Source: Eledone cirrhosa
Taxonomy: Eukaryota
Direction of reading: 5' to 3'
NCBI GenBank assembly: GCA_964016885.1
Contig: OZ024742.1
Location: 139,624,001-139,688,000 of the forward strand
Length of the DNA: 64,000 bases
In this document: positions 40,166-52,963 of the stretch, one piece after another
How the letters are laid out: every line of letters begins with the position of its first letter
Numbering within the stretch: position 1 is the first letter of the stretch
Notes under the pieces: generated by a model
The model's database searches: none
What the model was told of the DNA's origin: nothing
Seen by the model: only the letters and a program-made list of their open reading frames with translations
Position numbers and translations under genes: made by a program

Positions 40166-41735
40166 CTATACAAATCCGGAAAATGGCACTGGAACCCGAC
40201 AACACAACTACAAACATAAATGAGAAAATCCTTAAAGTTCTACAAGAGATAAACGGGAAACTCGCAATCCTTACAGAAAAACTTGATAAACCACAACATT
40301 CCACACTGGCTGACAACAACAAAGACAATTTTACCACAACCAATAACCAATTCAACCTATACATACAGCACTTATGCAACTCAATGGAAAAACTTATAAA
40401 CGTTAAAACAGAACAAGAAACCTCACACCACATTAAAAACAAAATTGGACACCTTTGGAAAAAACAATTGAAAACAAGAACATTCACTTTCTGGAATATG
40501 GTGAAAAATATGAACAAAGCTGGAATCTATGAAAACTGGATCAACTCCATACCAATAATCTTACCCTGTAAATTCCAAATAAAAGCCATAACTAATGAAC
40601 CTGAACAACAACGGAAACTATGAGAACAAATGTCACTCAACAAAATGAATATGGAAATAGAACTCTTAAAACTAAGAGCCACCTCCAATGAACAAAAATA
40701 CCAGGATATCGACCAACAAATGGAAATAGAATGTCTGAAACACACTGAGGAACCAACTCTACACAATTTAGTTAAATCCTGGAAACAGGACTGCGAGAAT
40801 GCAGAACTAATCTCATTAAAATGATGGAAAAACTCTGAAAATTGGTTCCTCAAATATGAAGAGGATTTCAAAGCAATGCATCACACAGATAACCCCTTTA
40901 CAAAGAAATTAAACATGCATACTTCCAACTCCAACACACATAAACCACAGACAAAACCCCACTCTACACAGACCAAATACAACCAACTACAGTAGAAGAA
41001 ACATACCCAACCAATAATATCTCCTACAGAAACCAACCTCAAAACAAACAATACAAACACCATACACTCCAGAAGAAACCCACACAGATCACATGAAATC
41101 CCAACAAAACCTTTCCACATTAACAACTACAACAGCTATCGCAGGTATCACCCCCAACACTACAAAAAACAACCCCCACAACATCAACATTATGCACCTT
41201 AGAAGGAACCCACCCAGACCACATGAACCCATAACAGAACCCTTACACAATAACAACTACAACAGACACCACTCCCATCACCACATTAACTCTCATGAAA
41301 AAACAAACTACAGATCCATACAAAACAGACAAGCAGACTACAATTACAACCAAAACAACATTCCTTTTTTAGGAACAAGACTGAAATACCAGGACACCCG
41401 ATGGCCACCACTCATGAGAAGCCAAAGATAATTAACCTTTCATATAGTATAACCTACTATAGAGACCTGGCACTCAAAATCTTAGACGACAACAGATACT
41501 GCGAAGAAACAGCAAACTACAAACAAAATAAAACAATGGGGAACTTCCTAGCATTACTACAAAGATACCGCAGTAGCCTAACCACAAAAGAATTTGAATA
41601 CATAAGCCATTTCAAATGTAATACAAGTGCTTTCTACGGCTTACCAAAGATACATAAATGTAAACTCATAAGCAATGCATGCGACACTTCGACTAACAAA
41701 TACATACAATTAACACCACCAGAAGACTTAAAACT
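38868..41735 (+). mobile_element. Penelope-like element 5' half (pLTR with hammerhead; disrupted N-terminal ORF up to FYGLPKIHK)
   Basis: ORF fragments 40183-41735 with KIINLS and FYGLPKIHK; last 160 bp are the inverted copy of 38708-38867. Confidence 0.8.
40019..40073 (+). ncRNA. Minimal type I hammerhead ribozyme (Penelope pLTR)
   Basis: Stem I ACTGC/GCAGT; core CTGAAGA; stem II GGTcACAGCCA/TGGCTGTcACT; GAAA; short palindromic stem III; ATA cleavage triplet (after 40068); AATAAA follows. Confidence 0.8.
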
Positions 41736-41834
41736 TTATTTTACACTACTCCGGAGTAACCAAACCAACCTGCGCACTTCGTCGAGTGCTCCAGCCTGCA
41801 TACTGAGGTGTTGGTATACAACCAACATAAACTC

Positions 41835-41954
<120 letters not shown>

Positions 41955-41967
41955 TATATATTCGTAA

Positions 41968-42420
41968 AGACCTGAAAATCCGCCTCTTCATTGCTGTAGT
42001 GGAGTCTGTGCTGCTATACGGGTCTGAGACTTGAACACTGACCAAGAAACTCACTCAGGTGGTGGATGGGTGCTACACGAGAATGCTGAGGATGGCTCTG
42101 AACATTAATCAGTATACACTGGGGATGAAAAACTCAGAGCTGTATAGGAACCTCCCAAAAGTCAGCTCAAAAATGTCACAGAGGAGACTGAGGTTAGCTG
42201 GACATGCTCACCGATATCCAGAGTTGACATTGCACTCAGTGCTCCTGTGGGAGCCCCTACATGGACACACTGGAAGAGGAAGACCAAGGTTAACGTATGT
42301 TTGATGCCCTAAGGACAGACACTGGTCTGTTGGAGACGCATGACATGGCAGCGATAATGAGGGACAGACACCACTGGAGAGAACTCGTCCATGGATCTCG
42401 GGAATTTTACCCGCCCTAGA
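41968..42420 (+). mobile_element. RTE-like LINE 3' fragment (different family)
   Basis: VVESVLLYGSET*, RRLRLAGH and LLWEP..GRGRP; follows (TC)n(TA)n. Confidence 0.85.
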
Positions 42421-43199
42421 TAGATATATACGTTGTACACATAATTATATGTGTGTATATGCAAACATGTATGTATCTATGTATGTATGAAATTGATTCG
42501 TGTGAGAGGGTGGTGTTAATGTCAGAAAGTACATTTTTATGTGAAACTAGAGCACTTGAAATTGTTAGGAGTGTACGATCAAATAAACAGTGATTGTCGC
42601 AGTTTTTTTCTTTTTTTTTTAATTCATATTGTTTTATTTATGTATTTATTATTATTATTATTTTATTTGAAACTTCCTTTGCAATCTGCTTATTTCCCAT
42701 ATCTCGCTAAGTATCAACCTGACACGTGAGGCAACATTTGGCACAACCAATTGTCATACAAATGATGCCATAAGGGCATAAACCACAGTAAATATCTTTG
42801 CAAGGTATTTAAATTGATAATGCCATTCTCAGGGCATAGACAGTGACAATCACTACTATTTTCTGTTTCTCTTGCAGAGATGATTTTCCAGATATCCAGT
42901 CCAAATATATTTCAACTCCCTTTTTTTATCATTCCAAGTGCACCGACTCTCACTGGTATTTTATAGGCTTTAAGATGCCACATTTCTCAATTTCAGCTGA
43001 CAGATCTTTATATTTCCTAACCTTTCGAAACTCTTTCAAGGTGTTACGATTTGATGGAAAGCTCATGTCAATTAAAAAACACGTTTTCTATTTATGGTTA
43101 TTCACAATTATATCAGGTCTGTTGGCCTTCATTGTTCTGTCAATGTTCACAGGAAAAATTATTATTATTATTATTGCGTGTAAATAATGATAATAATAA

Positions 43200-43760
43200 T
43201 TTCTTTATTGACCACAATGGCCTACATGTAGGGGAAAATGCAATAGACTGGGACAGTGAGGGCTATATATAACGTGTACAAAATTAAATAACAATAACAA
43301 GATAACATGACAAATACAACAATGAAAATTCCGTTATAGGGGGGATAACCACCCAGGGTCGACTCAGGTACCCCACCAATCCTGAACCACCCGACACTTC
43401 GAGGGCACCAGGGAAGGGCACCACTCTCCTCCTGAAATTAACCAGCCTACAGGTGCATGCTCAGAGTAGGCCCATTCACACGGGCTATTCTCACCACATT
43501 TTAGCCAATGTACTGGGGGGTAGCGTTTCTCTCTCCTTTCTTTTCCAAGTGAAACTTGGAAACAGTGATGAGGGATTGAACGAAGAGAAATGTGCCTGTC
43601 TTAAGTCCTTTCAAACTGGTCCACCACACAACCTCTTTCGCTACCGCCACCAGGCAGAGGAAAATTGCCTGCCCTTCCTGGCCGAATGAAGGCGGCGGGT
43701 GGATCTTCACTATGGTCTCGGTCGATAGCCTGATCAGTTCTCTACGTGACTACAGCACTT
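43200..43760 (-). mobile_element. L1/Tx1-like LINE 3' end
   Basis: Homologous to 23040-23590. Confidence 0.6.
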
Positions 43761-43806
43761 AATTGGGACTTGTTCTAACGAACCTGAAAAAGATACAATC
43801 ACTTAC

Positions 43807-43894
43807 TTTTTATAATTGGTATTTGGATAGGCAGGAAACCGAATATATTTGTACTCCGATGTGGTACTGTTAACCCATGCGCATTCCTCGTTTC
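43807..43894 (-). CDS. Multi-CUB gene, CUB1 exon A (GNEECAWVNSTTSEYKYIRFPAYPNTNYK)
   Basis: tttatttacag acceptor, gtaagt donor, 88 nt, phase 1-2; joins in frame to 33182 across a 10.6-kb intron. Confidence 0.85.
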
Positions 43895-44257
43895 CTGTAA
43901 ATAAAAAAAAATTCATCATGGCAAACTATTTTCCACGAATTGTAATGTTAGTTAAATCAGTAGAAGGCTAGATAACATAACTACGTTTCAATAATCATTA
44001 TACATATCTCCAGTTTAAAAAAAGGATAGATTTTAGGATAGATTTCAGAATGATAATGATCTTGAGAAGAAATATTCTGAAAGCATTTTTATATGGATGT
44101 GTAGAAAAGAGATTAGTGATAAAGATGGAAAGACAAGAGCATCGATTGAGTTTTGCTTGAATTAAAAGAGATACGCCAAGTTTGGATTGGTAACGGAAAT
44201 TGTTGTGATAGTAGATGAACTGAAAAACAAGGTGCGGTTCAATACAATATACATACA

Positions 44258-45155
44258 TCTCTCTCTATATAAAATTATTTGTCTCTCTCTGTCTGTCTTT
44301 TCCTTATGCATTCTCAAACAGCTCTACCAAATCAAATCAAATTTTACACTGGGATTAACAACATGTAATTTTTATTTTCATTTAGATTAAAACAATATAA
44401 CATTTTATCTAAAATGTTCTAAAGTCAACGATAAGTAAACGGACATTTTATAATACGACGACGTCACATTTTGTATATGAGTGTGTATGTGTCTGTGAGT
44501 GTGTGTGTTTGTATGAATGTATGTATGAGTGTATTGTTTATAAGTGTATGTTTGTGTGAGTGCATGTATGTCAGTTCGTTTTTCTCATACCGTTAAATTA
44601 GCAGTTAATACATTTGCTTATATTTGGTTAATTTACACTGCATACAAAAATAGAGATTAATACATATTTCTTATGGATGTTGATACTTATTTGTTTACAA
44701 TATTGAAAAAAAATGTCTTTATTCTAAAAATCCTCTCATACCTACAGCTGTTCCATTTGAATTTAAGAGGCTTCGGTTTCCAGTCAAACTAAGTTTTGTT
44801 ATTTCAATTAACAAATCTCAGAATCAATCCCTCAAGGTAGTTGGACTCGATCTTTCTACTACATGTTTCTCCAACGGTCAACTCTATATTGGTTGCTCAC
44901 GAGTTGGAAGCAGCAACAATTTATTTATTTGGACACCAACAAAAAATTACACAATGAATATTGTTTACTCTGCGGTGCTTCAAGATTGACAGATTTTCAT
45001 TTCTAAATTCTATTATCATTACAATTTTGATACTTTTTATAAAATATAGATATTTTGAAATAATTATGAGAAAATAAAATATATCTTCATATTTATTGTT
45101 TACTAATCGGAATAAGAACAGCAGTAACCCGGGCAACGCCGGGTCATTCAGCTAG
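44258..45155 (+). mobile_element. Non-autonomous Helitron with PIF1-helicase remnant
   Basis: A|TC start; FEFKRLRFPVKLSFVISINKSQNQSLKVVGLDLSTTCFSNGQLYIGCSRVG at about 44756-44910; 3' hairpin acccgggcaacgccgggt and CTAG|T. Confidence 0.9.
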
Positions 45156-45159
45156 TATG

Positions 45160-45206
<47 letters not shown>

Positions 45207-45853
45207 GTGTGTGTGTGTGTGTGTGTGCGAAAATAGTAAGATCAACTTCGGTAAACTCGGAGCACCTAGGAAGGTATACACCAGTTTGCCATGTATTCTA
45301 TATAATACAGTTTATTTACCTTTATGATTATATATTGAGGGCTCTTTCTTTAGTGATTATAATACATTCAGGAAGCTATACCAGACTCCCGTAACATTCA
45401 CTATATATTGTATATCTAGAGACGACTGCACGGTTCGTGATATATAGATTTTATCGCAAAGATAAATATAAAAAGAAAATTTAAAAAATAGCCGATCGCT
45501 GACTAACGAAGATCAACTTACTGCGAGAAACTCTAAGTACCTAGGAAGGTATACGCCAGTTTGTCATGTTTCTTATCTCCTTATAATATATAACCAGCAA
45601 TTTCTCTGTCTGTCTGTCCGACAGTGGAAACACGTGCGCGCGTGGTTGCTATCCCTCTCTCGCTCCAGCTATCCCTCTCTTTTAGTCTGTCTGTTTCTCT
45701 CACTCTCACTCTTTCTCTTTGTAACACACTAACATTCCTCCCCTCTATCGCTGTGACGAATGGGGAGATGGAGGAGGAGGAGAGAGTCACTTCGTCACTT
45801 CACCTCTGCCTTTCTTTCTCTCCCCTCTCACTCCCTCATTACGTACAGACATT

Positions 45854-46047
45854 AGGGCGGTGGATTGGCAGAATCTGTAGAGAGTCGGACACCATGCTTC
45901 ATAGCATGGAGTTACGTCCCTTTACGGTCTGAGTTCAAATACCGCCGAGGTTATCTTTGCCTTTCATCCTCACGGGGTCGATAAAATAAAGTACCAGTAA
46001 TGTACTGGGTAATTGCTGGCTTTGTACCAAAAGTAAAAACAATTATT
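45854..46047 (+). mobile_element. tRNA-derived SINE
   Basis: A and B boxes and conserved core. Confidence 0.88.
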
Positions 46048-46278
46048 AGAAACATTGCTTCATTTTTACATATCTAAGCATTAGTAAAATAACTAATAAT
46101 TTCAAAAGTAATTTTTCAATTCCAATTGTTATGAACAGCAAAACATTAATAATAATTTTGTTCTAAGAAATATATATACATTTCTGTGTGTGTAATATAT
46201 ATATATATACACACACAGAAATATATATATATACACACAGAAATATATATACATTTCTGTGTGTGTAATATATATATA

Positions 46279-49200
46279 TCATCATCATCATCATCATTTT
46301 ACGTCCGCTTTTCCCTGCTTGCAAGGGTGGGACGGGTCTTATTCAGCACAGCATCTCTCCACTCGTCACGGTCCCTCGTCATCTCCACCGTGAGCTTCAA
46401 TGATCTGAGGTCTGTTCTCACTACCTCCGCCCATGTTTTTCGTGGTCTACCTCTACCACGTCTTCCTTCAACTGGCATTTCCTGGCACTTCTTCACCCAT
46501 CGGTCATCCTCCATGCGCATCACATGTCCATACCACCTCAGTTTCCTCTCCCGTACACTACATTCTATCCCTCTCAGACACAGTTTCTCTCTCAACACAT
46601 TTATGCTGGGTCGTTCACGCACATTTACACTGCACATCCAACGGAGCATGCTTGCCTCATTTCTCTCCAGCCGTCGCATATCTTCTGCGGTAGCTGCCCA
46701 TGTCTCACTACCATGCAGCATCGCGCTCCTCACACAGGCATCATACAACCGGCCTTTCGTACGCAGGGAGAAACCCTTCTTCGTCAACAGAGGAAGCAGC
46801 TCCCTAAACTTCTTCCAACCCGTCCTTATTCTAGATACTATGGCCTCGGAACACCCTCCTCCCATGCTAATCTGATCTCCTAGGTACCGGAAGCTATCCA
46901 CCACTTCTATAGCGCCCTCTCGCATTTGAAAAATGTGTCTATCAGTGCGACTTCTACTGTCTAATTTCCCTGTACATCTACTGCATACATATTTCTCCCT
47001 ACCTGTTAGTTTGCCTGCTATCCCGCTACATCTCTTGTGTACCCAGGACCTACATTGTGTGCATTTTATAGAATTTATGCCAGTTCCTTTTCTGCATATC
47101 GAACATGGCCATTTCCCTGACGGAATCAGGGTTTTGTCCTCTTTTCTACTCATCAACACTTTTGTCTTAGCTAGATTTACTCTCAGTCCTCTTGCTTCCA
47201 ACTGCTGTTTCCATAGCCGGAATTTATTCTCTAGCTCCTCTACTGATTCTGCCATAAGAGCCAGATCGTCAGCATAGAGAAGTTCCCATGGACAGCCAGT
47301 CTTAAACTCCTCTGTTATGGCTTGGAGGACTATAATGAACAAGAGCGGGCTGAGGACCGAACCCTGATGTACTCCTACTTGTATCTGGAATTCCTCACTA
47401 AACTCCATTCCTACCCTGACTTTACTGAGAGTACCTCTGTACAAAGTTTGCACTGTCCTTACAAGCCATTCCTCAACACCCAGCTTCCTTAGGGACCACC
47501 AGATGACAGATCGGGGTACCCTATCAAAGGCCTTCTCTAGGTCAACAAAGGCTAAGTATAGTGGCTTATTCTTCTCTAAGAACCTCTCTTGCATTTGTCT
47601 CACCAAGAAGAGGGCATCTGTTTTACTCTTCCCAGGCACAAAACCAAACTGCATCTCATCTAGTTTGACCCTTTCTCTAATTAGTTGTGCTAAAATCCTT
47701 TCTGCCACTTTCATAACCTGATCTATCAGTTTTATACCCCTATAATTGCTCCTCTCCAAAGCATCCCCTTTACCTTTGTAGCAATTTATGAGAATACTGC
47801 TGCACCAGTCTTTGGGTATGACACCACCATATATAGCCTGATTGATTATGCGTGCAACCAGTTTAGTGCCTACGTCCCCTGATACCTTCAGCATCTCAGC
47901 AACTATTCCCGATGGTCCGGCCGCCTTACCATTTTTCATTTCCCTAATCGCCTCTTGGACCCTATATTCGTCAATCTCAATAGCTGGTCCCTCTGTCGGA
48001 TCTACCAAGGGTAATTTCTCTCTCTCCCATTCGTTCTCCACATTCATCAGTCTCTCATAATGACATTTCCAGGCCTCCTTTTTCTGGTCATTCGTGACAC
48101 TAAGTACACCGGCATCATCCCGGACACATTTATCACCAACAACATCCTGATTTGCATTGACACACTGCCTTGCAATGTGGAACACCGCACGCCTCTGATC
48201 TTCCCATCGCAGAACATTGGCAAACCTCCTACTCTCTGCCTCCCTGCGTGCTAAGTACACCTGACGTCTAGCTTCTCTCTTAGTGGCTGTATATTCTTCC
48301 CTACTCCCACCCTTATTCCAAGCCTTCCATGCTAGTCTTTTGTCTCTAATAGCCTTATCTACACTGCTGTTCCACCACCAGGTCACTCTCTGTCTGGTTG
48401 GAGCTCTGCTCCAGCCACAGGTTTCATCAGTAGCCTTCAGCAAGTTGTCACGTAAGAACTTCCAGTTATTATCTATGTCATACGTCTCTAAATCGTCTTC
48501 TTTTTCGTCATATACATCTTGAAGGGCTTTCCTAAATTTGAATTTTAGTGAAAGGTCTTTTAGCTTCCAGACCTTTCTTCTCCACACCTTCCTATATGTC
48601 TCATTCCATCTCTTGCTTACTGAGATATCACTAACAACTAACCTATGCTGTGGGGTACATTCTTCCCCAGGGTATGCCTTGGTATTAGACACTATCTGCC
48701 TGTCCCGCTGCCTAACTAGCAGGAAGTCAATCTGGCTTATGTGCTCACCAGATTTGTAGGTTATTAGGTGATTGGCAGGTTTCTGGAAGTTTGTGTTGCA
48801 AATAGTCAATGTACTTGCATCACAAAATTCAAGAAGTCTCACTCCTTCTTCATTTCTTGAACCGTAACCGTGCCCACCATGTACCCCAGTGTAACCATCC
48901 TGGAGCTGTCCAACATGACCATTGAAGTCTCCTGCTAGCATAACGATGTCTCCGTCCTCTGTCATTGTGGTTGTTTGCAAAAGTTGCTCATAAAAGCAGT
49001 CTTTCTCATCTTTGCCTAGGCCTGCTTGGGGAGCATAGACCGAGATGATTGTCAGTAGTCTCCTACCTACAACTAATCTAAGCTTAATTATTCGATTACT
49101 AACTCGAACTACCTCTATTGTCTTATTGATCCATTTCTCAGCCAGGAAAATGCCTACTCCCCCTAACCCATCATCCTTACCTACCCAGAATAGCTTATAG

Positions 49201-50230
49201 CTAAGACGCTTGCCTACGACTAGTCTCGCAGAGGCACCTCTCCATCTCACCTCTTGCACGCATCACACATCCACCTGCCTTCTCTCCAGCATCTCCGCTA
49301 TTTCAGCAGATCTACCTCTGAGAGTGCCAACATTAAGTGTTGCAACTCTGAGATGCGACGTCTTCATATTTTTCTATGCTGTTTTGTTGCTGTGCTGATA
49401 AGCTTTTTGGCATTGATACACTGGTTGGATGCCCTTCCTAACACCAGCGCCACTTTACAGCATGGACTGGGTGCTTTTATTTGTGCCACCAGCACTAGAG
49501 AGGATGTCTTACTAGACTCAAGGGCCCTCTCTACCCCTCCATTTTACAGCATGGTCATTTAAAAAAAAAAAAAAAAAAACTTATTGACACGACTCACACA
49601 CTAATACTCATGCATACAAACCACAACCACACATACCAACACTCATTCATGCATACAATCACACACACAACTCACAAACACATATATATATATACATATA
49701 TTACCGACAGTACTGATACAAAATCAAAATCAAAGTCAAAATCGTCAAAATCACTATCATGTCAACTGTTGACCTTTCCCAGTCCAGTTCGGCTTGTATA
49801 TAATAACAATAACAATAATAATTGTTTGCTTTACGCTGGTAATGGCGGTGGTGGTGGTGAATGTTGGTGGATGGTATCAGTGTGGTGGTGGTGGATGGTC
49901 AGTGATGGTGGTGGCAGTTGTTGGTGCTGTAGTTGTTATTGTAGTTGTTACTGTTGTTGTTGTCCTTCATTTCACTGCTGCTGTTGCTGCAGACAATGGT
50001 GTTGATGCTGTTATTGCTGTCGCATATATACAAATACATACACACACATTCAACACAGACGATGGTGTTGTTGCTGTTGTTGTTGTTGGTGTTGCTGCTG
50101 TTGTTGTTGTAGTTGTTGCTGTGTTGAAATCTGGTCGCATCCACTGAGATATACATATACACACACATACACATATGTATATACACACACATACACATAT
50201 GTATATACACATATATATATATATATACAC
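46279..50230 (-). mobile_element. Near full-length RTE LINE, family C (APE endonuclease + RT + internal PHD finger)
   Basis: ATG at 49367 (MKTSHLRVATLNVGTL), single TGA at 49263-49265, then 986 aa with QE, GDFNG, IDF, PQHRLVV and YADD; stop abuts the (TGA)n tail; identical 46-bp repeats at 46233-46278 and 50231-50276; 5' boundary uncertain (49560 or 50230). Confidence 0.93.
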
Positions 50231-50317
50231 ACACACAGAAATATATATACATTTCTGTGTGTGTAATATATATATAGACTAGAACTGTTTCATTCTTGAG
50301 AAATCACCAGGAATATA

Positions 50318-52670
50318 TCATCATCATCATCATCATCATCAGGTTTAGCGTCCGTGTTCCACGCTTGCATGGGTTTGGACGGGGGTTTTCCCACTTGAGG
50401 CAAGAGTGGTTGTCTTGCTCGCATAGGACTGTCTGGCGGGTTTTCTACAGTTGGATGCCCTTCCTAACACCAACCACATTTACAGTGTGGGGCTGGGAGG
50501 TTTTTACCGTGTTGCCTACACGGCCACATTACAGCGTGGACTGTCTGGCGGGTTTTCTACAGCTGGATGCCCTTCCTAACACCAACCACATTTACAGTGT
50601 GGGGCTGGGAGGTTTTTACCGTGTTGCCTACACGGCCACATTTACAGCGTGGACTGTGTGTTTTTTTGTCGTGACACCTACACGATCTCATTTGTTTCGG
50701 CCTGGATGTTGTGGGACCAACATAACTGTACATTGAAAGGGGCGGTGTGGATGGGGTGGATGTGGTGGGACGGGGGGGGGGGGGGGTGTTTTGATAGAGA
50801 TGCCTACTGACTGTAGTAGGTTTTTACTTTGTATTTAGGTAAGGCGGGTCTTCTCTATTACTGAGTACCGCCAAAGGTCTCGGTCCAGTGACATTGTCTT
50901 GGAGAGGTGTAAGCGTGTGAGGTCGGAATTTATCAGCTCGTCCCATGTTTTTCTGGGTCTGCCTACTCCGTGGCTACCGTCTATCTTTATTGCCCTGCAC
51001 TTTGTTATACAGCTGTCGTCTTTCATGCGCATCACGTGACCGTACCAACGTAGCCTTCTCTCGAGTAAACAACATCTGATCCCTCTTATTTCTAATTTTT
51101 TCCTTAGTTCGTTTATGCTTTGCCGTTCACGTATATTACTATTGCACATCCAGCGGAGCATGCAAGCTTCGTTCCTCTCTAGTCTGCGTATATCCTCTGC
51201 ACACAATGCCCAGGTCTCACTGCCATGCAGCATTGCTGTTCGTATGCAGGCATCGTATAACCTGCCTTTCATTTTTAGGGAGAACCCTCTAGCGGCTAAT
51301 AGTGGTATAAGCTCTCTGAACTTTTTCCATCCAGTTCTGACTCTAGCTACTGTACTTTCAGAGCACCCTCCCCCACTGCTGATTTTGTCACCCAGGTAAC
51401 GGAAGCTGTCCACTATTTCTATAGAACCCTCTGCGCAGTTGAAGGAGCTAGTATTTTGTGGGCACTTGCTGCTGCTTATTGCACCAGAGCACCGGCCACA
51501 TGTAAAATCTATGTTCTTAGTTAGCTTACCTGTGATCCCACTACATCTTTTATGCACCCATACTTTGCATTTGGGACATAAAATGGAGTTTCTACCTACG
51601 CCTTTCCTACACACTGAGCATGGCCATTTCCCAGATGGGACTGCCGCCATATTTTCTTTCCTACAAACTAGAACTTTTGTCTTAGCCAGGTTAATTTTAA
51701 GGCCTTTTGATTCTAGGCCGTGCTTCCATGTTTGGAATTTCTTCTCTAGTTCGGTCATTGATTCAGCTATGAGCGTTAGATCATCTGCGTATAGGAGTTC
51801 CCATGGGCAGCCGGTCTTGAACTCCTCTGTTATAGCCTGAAGGGCAATAATAAATAGTAGGGGGCTAAGAACAGAGCCCTGATGGACACCAACTTTTACG
51901 CTAAACTCTTCACTATATTCGTTGTTAATTCTAACCTTACTGACTGTTTCTTTATACATGGCTTGTATAGCTCTCACAAGCCATTCGTCAACACCTAGTT
52001 TTCTAAGAGACCACCAGATAATGGAACGGGGGACTCTGTCGAAGGCTTTCTCCAAGTCGACGAAAGCTAAGTATAGGGGTTTACTTTTAGCTAGGTACTT
52101 CTCCTGTAGTTGTCGTACAATGAAAAGAGCGTCTGTGGTACTTTTGCCTGACACAAACCCGAACTGCATTTCATCTAGATCAATTCTCTCTCTGATTAGT
52201 TGCGCTATTACTTTTTCCGTGACCTTCATGACCTGGTCGATTAATTTAATGCCTCTATAGTTACTCCTATCTAGGGCATCTCCTTTTCCCTTATAGCAGT
52301 TAACGATGATGCTACTACGCCAGTCCTTCGGAACAACCCCATTCTGTACGACTTGGTTAACTATCCGGGTGACCATGGTGTGTCCCACCGAACCAGATGC
52401 CTTCAGCATCTCAGCAACTATTTCCGAAGGACCAGCCGCCTTACCCGTCTTCATATCTTTGATTGCCTTGCTTATTGTACTACCCTGGACTAACACTGCT
52501 GGTCCCTCTATTGGGTCGATGTGGGGGAGACTGTCTTTCTCCCATTTGTTCTCCTCATTTAGAAGCCTTTCGTAGTGACACTTCCAAGCTACCTTCTTAT
52601 CAGCGTCGGTGATGGCAAGTATGCCATCATCGTTAAGCACACACTTCTCCCCGACAATATCACGGTTTTC
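50318..52670 (-). mobile_element. RTE LINE family B, 5'-truncated, intact 601-aa ORF, with a tandem duplication of about 113 bp in the 3' UTR
   Basis: ORF 50835-52640; (TCA)n tail; 5' end abuts a (TA)n tract of about 100 bp. Confidence 0.97.
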
Positions 52671-52672
52671 CA

Positions 52673-52779
<107 letters not shown>

Positions 52780-52963
52780 TTGGTTAGTTTCAGAAGATCC
52801 CGTTAAGAGTGAAAGCAGCGATTCTTTGCTTAAACTTTAATCTTTTATTTTAATAAATATATATATATATATAAATAAATGTACGTATGTAATATATTAA
52901 TAATATATATATAATGTATGTATATATAATATATAATATATATATATATGTTAGTAAATACGA

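Noticed and set aside
46433-48759. Plus-strand ORFs overlapping the RTE (and similar ORFs at other copies)
   Set aside because: Antisense shadows of the RT ORF with no recognisable domains.
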